A DNA stretch of 32,000 bases from Xanthomonas campestris pv. campestris str. ATCC 33913 (GTDB lineage Bacteria; Pseudomonadota; Gammaproteobacteria; Xanthomonadales; Xanthomonadaceae), in contig NC_003902.1 in the NCBI RefSeq assembly GCF_000007145.1, forward strand, positions 3,926,497 to 3,958,496, in the 5' to 3' direction. Shown piece after piece: positions 8,117 to 17,458 of this stretch. Within the stretch, counting starts at the first letter, position 1. Every line of letters begins with the position of its first letter. A model generated the notes under the pieces. The model saw only the letters and a program-made list of their open reading frames with translations. It ran no database searches and was not told the DNA's origin. The translations under genes were made by a program, and so were the position numbers.

Positions 8117-11005
8117 TCAGAAGCGCTGGTTGTACTGCACGAACAGGAAGCGGTCGTAGTCGAGCATCGGGTCGATCGCCGCGGTGCTGCTGTTGGTGAT
8201 CGAGTAGGTGACCGGCGGCTGCTTGTTCCAGATGTTGCGGGCACCCACGGTCACGCTGCCATCCCACGGAGCCTGCCAAGTGACAGAGACGTCCTGATAG
8301 GAGATCGAGCCCTTCTTATTGGAACCGGTGCCGCCACCCCAGCCCGGATTCGGGGTCTGGTAGTTCGGGTCGTTGCACTCGATGCCTGCCGCTGCATCCC
8401 AGCAGTAATCGCGGAAACCGCCGTAGTAACGCAGGTTCCAGTTGGCCGACAACGCGCCCAGCGACCAGTCCAGACCCAAGGTGGCACGCACGCGCGGGAA
8501 GTTCCAGTAGCCGGCAGCATTTGCCCACTCGGCACCAGCTTCTGCCTGCGACTTATAGGTCGCCAGGTAGTTGGTGTCCAGGTTGACAGCGAACTTGCCG
8601 TACGCAGTTTCCGGCATGCGATAACGCACACCGAAGTTGTAGCCTTCGGTTTCCAGGCGACCCAGGTTGACGTTGCCGCGGCTCAGCGTGGTGACCTGCC
8701 CGGTGACCGCGTCGCGACCGTAGTCGGCGCAGTAGCTGGCCAGGCTGTTGAGGTAGCAGTTGTTCAGCACATCATTGGCCGTCAGTGACGTGATGATGTT
8801 GGAGATCGAAATGCGGTACCAATCCAGCGAGAAGTCCAGGCCCTGCACCCAATGCGGGCTGTACACCATGCCCACGGTGCGGGTGATGCTGTATTCCGGC
8901 TCAAGTTCGGCATTACCCACGCCCGAATTAAACGGTGCATTGCCCTGCACGTCGCGACGCGTTACCGCGTTGCCTGCAGTATCGGTCTGACGGAAACCAG
9001 CCGGCAGGCCTTCGCCAGCGCAGCGTGCTGCCACACCCGCATTGCCCAGCGAACCGAAGGTCGCATCGCAGGGATCAGTGAAGGTATCGAACGTCTGCGA
9101 GCCGCCACCGAAGGTGTCCGACAGCGTCGGCGCACGGAAACCGGTGCCGTAGGTACCACGCACCAGCAGGTCGTCGATCGGCTTCCAGGTGAAGCTGAAC
9201 TTGCTGTTGGTGGTGTCGCCGAAGCGGCTGTAGTTGCTGTAACGCGCGGCCACGTCGAACGACAGTTCCTTGGCGCCCGGCAGGTCCTTCAGCACCGGAA
9301 TCAACAGCTCCAGATAGGCTTCGTTGGTCTGGTAGCGACCTTCGGTGGCCTGTGCAGCCAGGTCGGTGGTGTAACCGGCGCTGGACAGCTGGTCCGGATA
9401 GTCGTAACCGCTGATTTCGCGGTGTTCGACGCCTGCGGCCAAGCCCAGCTCACCGGCCGGCAAATCGAACAGGCCACCGGTGATGTTGGCAGTCCACTGC
9501 TTGCTCAGGCTCTGCTGCGTGGCCTGACCCAGCGCATTGATGTATTGCAGCGCGTTCGGCGTGGAAGCCGACGGGCCACCCAGGATGTTGAACGGGGTGC
9601 ACTGGCCCAGCGCATTGCTGGTGCCCAGCGGCAGCGGGCTGGCTGCGGTGCCGCACTGGACCTGACCCTGTGCATTGAGGAACGACGGGCCCAGCGCCTT
9701 CTGCAGCGCCAGCAAGTTGATGTTGCCGCGCGACACTTGCGTCACATCGTACTTGTTGTAGTTGAAGCCCACGTCCCAGTTCCAGCCGTGGCTGCCGACG
9801 TCGAACACGCCTTCCAGCGCTGCATCGAAATGCAGGGTCTTGACGTTGCTTTCGGTGGTGCGCGGCAATTCAACTGTGCGACGGAACCAGCTGTTGATGT
9901 CCTGGCCGACCGGGTTGTAGTAGCTGGTACCGCTAATCGCCACCGGGAACTGCGGCTGCGACGAGGCCTGCAGCGGGTAACCGGCGATCTGACGGTTCGA
10001 GTCGCGCTCGGAGTACATCGCGGTCGACTTGAAGGTCAGGCTGTCGGTCAGGTTGTAGCTGCCGGTGGTGAAGATCGACTTGTTACGGCTGGACTGCTGC
10101 AACATCATCTGATCGACGGAGTTGTAGTAGTCGTCGGTGGTGATTTCGTTGTGGTAGTTGGCGATGTTGCGCGAATCGGCGCCCACGCCACGGCCGTCGA
10201 ACGAACCGGTATGGTTGAGGATGTAGGTCTGGTCGTTAGAAGTGAAGCGGCCCCACGGGCCGGTCGCGCTCAGACTGTCTTCGATGTGGTTCGGGCCGGC
10301 CGAATAACGGGTCAGCGCGCGATCCTTCGCCCACACCGGATCTTCGTTGGTGTAGTTGGCGCCAAACACCAGCGAGGAGCGGTCGGTGGTGGTGCCGGCG
10401 GTGAAGGAATACTGCTCCTTGGAACCGTCGCCACGACCATTCTGGCCGAAGTACGCCGAGGCTTCTGCACCGTCGTAGTTCTGACGCAGGATGATGTTCA
10501 CCACACCGGCCACGGCGTCGGAGCCGTAGATTGCCGAGGCGCCGTCCTTCAGGACTTCGATGCGCTCGATCAGCGAGCTCGGGATCGTGGACATGTCGGT
10601 CAGACCAGACAAGCTGCTGGTCCAACGCTTGCCGTTCACGAGCACCAGGGTACGGTTCTCACCCAGGTTGTACAGGTTGACGTACTGGCCACCCTGCTCC
10701 GGATCGGATGTCAGCACCGCAGCCTTGCTGTAGGTCTGCGTACCGGCGATCGACAGGTTCTGGAGGATGTCACCAACGCTGACCAGGCCCGACTTCTGAA
10801 TGTCTTGCTGCGTCACGGTGAAAACCGGCTGTGCGGTTTCCACATCGACCGAGCGGATGCGCGAGCCGGTAATTTCGATGCGGTCCAGCGTCGTGGTCGA
10901 CGGGGCGGACTGCTCTTGTGCATTGGCGGCAAATGCCGGCGTCAACGCGATCGCAATACCGGCGGGCAACAGGCCCAGCCGCACTGCGGAGGTGCGAAGG
11001 TTCAT
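8117..11005 (-). CDS. TonB-dependent outer-membrane receptor (about 960 aa)
   Basis: ATG at 11005 (GGAGAG upstream; the track's first codon at 11008 is TTG). Signal peptide, TonB-box-like DRIEITGSRI, plug motifs (LVNGKRW, IERIEVLKDGASAIYGSDAVAGVVNII), long beta-barrel, terminal ...FVQYNQRF. Confidence 0.95.
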   Translation of the reverse strand: MNLRTSAVRLGLLPAGIAIALTPAFAANAQEQSAPSTTTLDRIEITGSRIRSVDVETAQPVFTVTQQDIQKSGLVSVGDILQNLSIAGTQTYSKAAVLTSDPEQGGQYVNLYNLGENRTLVLVNGKRWTSSLSGLTDMSTIPSSLIERIEVLKDGASAIYGSDAVAGVVNIILRQNYDGAEASAYFGQNGRGDGSKEQYSFTAGTTTDRSSLVFGANYTNEDPVWAKDRALTRYSAGPNHIEDSLSATGPWGRFTSNDQTYILNHTGSFDGRGVGADSRNIANYHNEITTDDYYNSVDQMMLQQSSRNKSIFTTGSYNLTDSLTFKSTAMYSERDSNRQIAGYPLQASSQPQFPVAISGTSYYNPVGQDINSWFRRTVELPRTTESNVKTLHFDAALEGVFDVGSHGWNWDVGFNYNKYDVTQVSRGNINLLALQKALGPSFLNAQGQVQCGTAASPLPLGTSNALGQCTPFNILGGPSASTPNALQYINALGQATQQSLSKQWTANITGGLFDLPAGELGLAAGVEHREISGYDYPDQLSSAGYTTDLAAQATEGRYQTNEAYLELLIPVLKDLPGAKELSFDVAARYSNYSRFGDTTNSKFSFTWKPIDDLLVRGTYGTGFRAPTLSDTFGGGSQTFDTFTDPCDATFGSLGNAGVAARCAGEGLPAGFRQTDTAGNAVTRRDVQGNAPFNSGVGNAELEPEYSITRTVGMVYSPHWVQGLDFSLDWYRISISNIITSLTANDVLNNCYLNSLASYCADYGRDAVTGQVTTLSRGNVNLGRLETEGYNFGVRYRMPETAYGKFAVNLDTNYLATYKSQAEAGAEWANAAGYWNFPRVRATLGLDWSLGALSANWNLRYYGGFRDYCWDAAAGIECNDPNYQTPNPGWGGGTGSNKKGSISYQDVSVTWQAPWDGSVTVGARNIWNKQPPVTYSITNSSTAAIDPMLDYDRFLFVQYNQRF

Positions 11006-11053
11006 CAATCTCTCCAGGGTTCGTTAGTGGCGCGTTAAGCGCCCCTGTGCAAA

Positions 11054-11977
11054 TTACGTTTGCGTGAACGCCGTCGCTTTGCGCGTCACGTTCCGTGGCT
11101 TTGCCGAATCTGGCGGATTTGCTGCTTGGTCGCGGTAATGCGAAGCGGAAACGCCGAATCGCGCACGAAATGCACGCGCGAAACTGCAGCAGTTGTCGAA
11201 GCCGCTGGCGGCCGCAACCTCACCGATCATCATCGAGGTATCGCGCAGCAGGTCCGATGCGCGTTCCAGACGCAAGCGTGCCGACAACGCCTGCGGACTT
11301 TCCTCATACAGGCTCTGGAAGGTCTTGGAGACATACCAACTGGAGAAGTTGGTCAGTTGCGCCAGTTCGCTGATGCGCACCACGCGGTCGCTGTTGCCTT
11401 CCAGATACAAACGTGCCCGCTGCATCCGCCCGAACACCTGACGGCGACGGCTACGCGAGCGGCCCGGGCAGCGCTGTTCCTGTTCGACGAATTCGCGCTG
11501 CATCCCGGCCAGATGCAGCAGCAGCGGCCGGGCCGAAGCGCTACCGCTTTGCGCGGCGGCATTGCGCCACAGCCGCAATGCGATACGCAAGTCGCTGCGC
11601 GCAAGATGGCTGCGGCCGGGATACAACGTGGCGTCGGTCAGCTCGGCCAACGACTGCAGGCTGTCGCCATCCAGGCTGACGCCGACGCAGACGGCACTGC
11701 GGTCCGCCTGCACCGTGGGATGGGAATCCTTGTCAAATGCGATCCAGTCACCTGCATGCAGGCGGAAACGGCCCTCCTTGGCTTCTACCCAGGAACGCCC
11801 GCGCAACTGCACCCACAACGTAAAGGTCGCCGCCACCGTGCGCAGGCTGCCGAGCCGCGCAACTGCCAGACAGGTGGTCGGCGTGTGCTCGCCAGCACCG
11901 TCGATGGAGAGTGCAACGCCACGATCGGCAGTGATGACCTGTTGCATGCTGGCAGCTCGCTGTACAAAAGAGCGCAC
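11054..11977 (-). CDS. AraC/XylS-family transcriptional regulator
   Basis: C-terminal double HTH: VRISELAQLTNFSSWYVSKTFQSLYEESPQALSARLRLERASDLLRDTSMMIGEVAAASGFDNCCSFARAFRARFGVSASHYR. The start is uncertain (GTG 11977 or ATG 11947; neither has a clear SD). Confidence 0.85.
   Translation of the reverse strand: MRSFVQRAASMQQVITADRGVALSIDGAGEHTPTTCLAVARLGSLRTVAATFTLWVQLRGRSWVEAKEGRFRLHAGDWIAFDKDSHPTVQADRSAVCVGVSLDGDSLQSLAELTDATLYPGRSHLARSDLRIALRLWRNAAAQSGSASARPLLLHLAGMQREFVEQEQRCPGRSRSRRRQVFGRMQRARLYLEGNSDRVVRISELAQLTNFSSWYVSKTFQSLYEESPQALSARLRLERASDLLRDTSMMIGEVAAASGFDNCCSFARAFRARFGVSASHYRDQAANPPDSAKPRNVTRKATAFTQT
11100..11116. promoter_or_regulatory. Copy 1 of the exact 17-mer TTTGCCGAATCTGGCGG, ~95 bp upstream of the TBDR start (candidate operator)
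   Basis: Identical 17-mer at 11983-11999. Lies in the 3' end of the AraC gene, in front of the TBDR gene. Confidence 0.4.
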
Positions 11978-11982
11978 AGTGT

Positions 11983-12020
11983 TTTGCCGAATCTGGCGGC
12001 AGTCAGGATGTTTTGCCGAA
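11983..12020. promoter_or_regulatory. Copy 2 of the 17-mer (11983-11999) plus partial copy TTTTGCCGAA (12011-12020), upstream of the AraC-family gene (candidate operator)
   Basis: Direct sequence identity with 11100-11116. The two local copies are spaced 29 bp start to start. Confidence 0.4.
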
Positions 12021-12066
12021 GGTGTCCCGAAATCGCCACGAAGAGATTCCGAAGAACTTACGAAGC

Positions 12067-14421
12067 CTATTTCTTCAATTTGAACAACAGGTTGGAGACG
12101 ATGCCGAGCGAGGTGGCAGGTGTTGCGAGTAGCGGCATGAAGGCAATGGCGCTGCCATCCTCCTCAGCCAGCGACACATACATCGCGCCACTGCGCTGAT
12201 CGATGCTGAAGCCGTTGATGGCGGTGTACTTGGCAACATCCATGCACTGGCCCTGCTGCCCACTGCGCAGTTCACTGTCATGCGTGGAGCACGCGTCTGT
12301 GGAAGACAGGTAATGCACCTGCGCATGCGCACCCGGCGCCCAACTGCGGTAACGCCAGCGCGAAGGCTGCGTGCGATCGATCGGCTGCAAGGTGTCGGCG
12401 GCCAGCGACGGCGCGATGCGCCACAGTCCGCCAGTGGACAAGCGCGTGAACAACACCTCGCCTGAGGCGCGGTCCAGACGCAGCTGCGATACATCAGGCA
12501 AGACGCTCAGCATGCGCCAGGGTTGCGTGCGGCGGTCATAGACGGTGGCGGAGGTTCGCCCGTCGTCCGAAGCCGCAACCACCAGCAGTTGATTGGGGTC
12601 TGGCAGGTAGATCGCCTGCAAAGGTCGCGTCTGCGGCACCGCCAGCCGCGTGACCTTGCCGTTGCTAGGGGTGACTTCGTAGATGCCACGGCGGCCGGTG
12701 GCATCGGTGCCGGTCACCAACGCGTGCTGCGAATCGGCCGACCAGTCCGCGGCCTGCCGGCTGTCCGGGCGCAATCCTTCGAGCAAGCGTACCGAGCCGG
12801 GCTTGGTGACATCGCCCCACCACAGGCCATAGGCGCCGGAACGATTGGAGGTGAACAGCAGTTGCTGGCCATCCGGCGCAATCATCGGTTGATCGTCGCG
12901 CCCATTGGACGGAAACAGACGACGTCGCAGGTAACCGCCGTTCATGGGGTCGCGGACCACCTGATACAGACCAAACTGTGGCTTGCGCTGCACGAACACG
13001 GCATGCGTACCAGCCACATCCGGTGCCTGTGCGTCGTCCACACCAAGATCGTGCAGGCTACGGTCGTGCAACTCCAGCCGGTACAGGCGCGCCTCGCTGT
13101 CCACGCGCCGCCCGAAGATCACCCCACTGCTGTCCGGCAGCCAGCTCCAGCCGCGAATCTCGGCAATGTCGTCGGTCAACCGTTCCGGGGTACCACCCTG
13201 CGCAGGCATGCGCCACAAGTCGCCCATCTGCGGGTTACGCATGAACACGATCCACGCACCGTCGGGTGAATACCGCGGCATGTAATCGAAGTCGTCCGGG
13301 TGCGCGCTGTACGCCAACGTCTGCCATTGCCCGGTTTCAAGCTCCAGACGACGGATGCGCCGCGCGCCATGGGCACCGGTCATGGTGCCGAACAACAAGG
13401 CGCGCCCGTCCGGCGACCAGCTGAAACTCAGCATGTCCGCGCCATCGCACCGCACAACCTCGTGGGCCGCGGCCTGGCCGTTGGCGGCGGCAATCATGAT
13501 GCGGCAGCTGCCATCTGCGCCATCGCGCTCGAATGCGATCGCACGGCCATCCGGCGACCACGCCGGAAGCCGGTCGGCCGCCCCGGGGCCCGGAGTGTCG
13601 AGCACGCGCGGATACGCGTTATTGGTGGTCTTGACCAGGATCGAGGTCCCGGGGCGGTCGTTGACCAGGGACGCGTACGCCACCATGGCCCCGTCAGGCG
13701 ACAGACTGGGCGTCAGGTCGAAGCCACCACCGGCGGTGATCACCTGGTACGGGCGCTTGGGACTGCCCACCACCGTGCCGACCGACACTGCGTCGGTGCT
13801 GGATGCATGCTGCCACAAGGTTTTTGCCGCCAACCCCAACGCCACCAGCAAGGCGACGCAGGCTAATGCCAGCGCCAAGCCACGGCGCCGGGCACGTGGC
13901 AGCTGAGCGATTGCAGCGGGCTGTGCCGGGCTCGCATCAATAGCGCTACCGATCAGCACGTGTGCGCTGGCGCTGTCTTCCCTCTGCGCGTTGCCGTTCG
14001 CATCTGTCTGTGACTGCGCAGGGTCCAGGGGCGCCGCCTTTGCACCAGCACTGTCAACGGTCTCCGGCGTCTCCCACGTCACCGGCGCCAGCAAGCGGTA
14101 CCCGGTCTTTGCAATGGTTTCGATATGCGCGGAGCGTTCGCTGCCATCGCTGGCGAGCGCCTTGCGCACCTGGGTAATGGCCTGTGTCACCACATCGTTG
14201 GTCGGCAGCGTGTCCGGCCAGACCTCGGCCAGCAGCTGCTCGCGCGTCACCACCTGCCCCGGCTGCCGGGCAAGCGCCAGCAACACTGCCAACGCCTTGG
14301 GCGCCAGTCGCGGGGTGCGCTTTGCACCAGGAACATGCACTTCGCGCGAGGCCACATCGACCGTGCAGACACCGACGCGCAGCCGGCCCATGGACGATGA
14401 AGGGATGGAGGAAGAACTCAT
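12067..14421 (-). CDS. Membrane-anchored one-component regulator: N-terminal OmpR/CadC-type winged-helix DNA-binding domain, one TM helix, periplasmic TolB-like beta-propeller
   Basis: wHTH: PKALAVLLALARQPGQVVTREQLLAEVWPDTLPTNDVVTQAITQVRKAL...IETIAKTGYRL. TM: GLALALACVALLVALGLAA. Repeated PD40-like motifs: SLSPDGAMVAYAS, AWSPDGRAIAFER, SWSPDGRALLFGT, RYSPDGAWIVFMR, MIAPDGQQLLFTS. The start is uncertain (ATG 14421 or 14391; the track's 14463 is a non-ATG codon). Confidence 0.85.
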   Translation of the reverse strand: MSSSSIPSSSMGRLRVGVCTVDVASREVHVPGAKRTPRLAPKALAVLLALARQPGQVVTREQLLAEVWPDTLPTNDVVTQAITQVRKALASDGSERSAHIETIAKTGYRLLAPVTWETPETVDSAGAKAAPLDPAQSQTDANGNAQREDSASAHVLIGSAIDASPAQPAAIAQLPRARRRGLALALACVALLVALGLAAKTLWQHASSTDAVSVGTVVGSPKRPYQVITAGGGFDLTPSLSPDGAMVAYASLVNDRPGTSILVKTTNNAYPRVLDTPGPGAADRLPAWSPDGRAIAFERDGADGSCRIMIAAANGQAAAHEVVRCDGADMLSFSWSPDGRALLFGTMTGAHGARRIRRLELETGQWQTLAYSAHPDDFDYMPRYSPDGAWIVFMRNPQMGDLWRMPAQGGTPERLTDDIAEIRGWSWLPDSSGVIFGRRVDSEARLYRLELHDRSLHDLGVDDAQAPDVAGTHAVFVQRKPQFGLYQVVRDPMNGGYLRRRLFPSNGRDDQPMIAPDGQQLLFTSNRSGAYGLWWGDVTKPGSVRLLEGLRPDSRQAADWSADSQHALVTGTDATGRRGIYEVTPSNGKVTRLAVPQTRPLQAIYLPDPNQLLVVAASDDGRTSATVYDRRTQPWRMLSVLPDVSQLRLDRASGEVLFTRLSTGGLWRIAPSLAADTLQPIDRTQPSRWRYRSWAPGAHAQVHYLSSTDACSTHDSELRSGQQGQCMDVAKYTAINGFSIDQRSGAMYVSLAEEDGSAIAFMPLLATPATSLGIVSNLLFKLKK

Positions 14422-14629
14422 GGGCAACAAGGACACACACGCCGGCAAGGACAACAAGACCAATCACGCACACTGCGCGAGACGCCAAATTCAGCAAAGC
14501 ACGACAACCAACTGTGTCATGCATCTAATTGGCGCAAATTTTACGCTATGCACCGTTGCTTCCTATGACAGGCGGCGACGTCAGGCTCTCTCTCTCGCCG
14601 AAGAATTCAAACAATTACGACGTACCCTT

Positions 14630-14653
14630 CGCGCCTCTGGCGCGATTTTTTTA
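14630..14653 (+). terminator. Orphan plus-strand intrinsic terminator in the cadC-like/thiC intergenic region
   Basis: TCGCGCC-TCT-GGCGCGA followed by T7 (14647-14653). No plus-strand gene lies upstream. Confidence 0.55.
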
Positions 14654-14766
14654 TCTGCAATTCAGCTAGACGCGCCGAATTTGCTTGGAATTGCTGCCTC
14701 GACGCGAAAATTTTTCAGACGGCACTTGCGATGCAAGCGCCAATCTGCACCATTCAAAACTGAACT

Positions 14767-14793
14767 TTTCTTAAGCGGCCACAGCGATCCGCT
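14767..14793 (-). terminator. Candidate thiC terminator hairpin
   Basis: The minus strand reads GCGGCTGCAGCG-GAT-CGCTGTGGCCGC (12-bp stem with two G-U pairs) followed by UUAAGAAAAGUU, ~25 nt after the thiC stop. Confidence 0.4.
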
Positions 14794-14815
14794 GCAGCCG
14801 CATGCTGCCCCGCGG

Positions 14816-16902
<2,087 letters not shown>

Positions 16903-17003
16903 GCGGCGATTAAACCACATCGCCGCGCGGGCGACATGTGTCTGCGGCGATCATCACGCGCGGCTCTGCTGCTGGATGACACCGGCAACTATCACCACGT
17001 CGC

Positions 17004-17184
17004 CCCATCAGCTTCAATGCCATGCAGGTCCTGCCAGTGCCGTGGAACACCACCGCGGGCGTGGACGTCAACAACCTGTTCGATCGCGACTCGCCGGCGG
17101 TGCTCAGCGCCGTTGCCAACTCGCTCGACTCGGCGTCCGCCTTCCCGGCCGTTAACGCTGCCCCACTACACCCAGCGCTTCTGA
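17004..17184 (+). pseudogene. C-terminal relic (~60 codons, frameshifted) of a TonB-dependent receptor gene
   Basis: Frame 3 reads PISFNAMQVLPVPWNTTAGVDVNNLFDRDSPAVLSAVANSLDSASAF. After a 1-nt shift near 17145, frame 1 reads RPLTLPHYTQRF-stop. This parallels the intact TBDR end in this window (PWDGSVTVGARNIWNKQPPV...FVQYNQRF). Upstream in-frame stop at 16977-16979. Confidence 0.55.
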
Positions 17185-17373
17185 TCGGACGGGCCGCATG
17201 ACGCAGCTGGAACGCTGCGTGTCTCTCGCAAAGCCGCCGCGTTCATGCCACGGCCGACAAGCGACGCGCATCCTGCAATGCAACACGCAATCGTCGGCAT
17301 CCACCGGCATTTGCACGGCACGCCATAGCACTAGCTTGCCCGCATTACAACAAGAAACCAGCTCTCTCTCCCT

Positions 17374-17400
17374 GCCGCCGATCTTCGGTGGCTTTTTTTT
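17374..17400 (+). terminator. Strong plus-strand intrinsic terminator with no intact upstream gene
   Basis: GCCGCCGA-TCT-TCGGTGGC (one G-U pair) followed by T8 (17393-17400). Confidence 0.65.
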
Positions 17401-17458
17401 GCCGTCCTACTTGTCACCACCCGGCTCGCTTAGCTATCGTTCAGCAAACAGGGGATGG

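Noticed and set aside
8852-11038. 728-aa plus-strand ORF antisense to the TonB-dependent receptor gene
   Set aside because: Typical high-G+C artefact. The translation is Arg/Gly/Ala/Val-rich and low-complexity, with no family resemblance and no SD. The opposite strand encodes an unmistakable TBDR over the same span.
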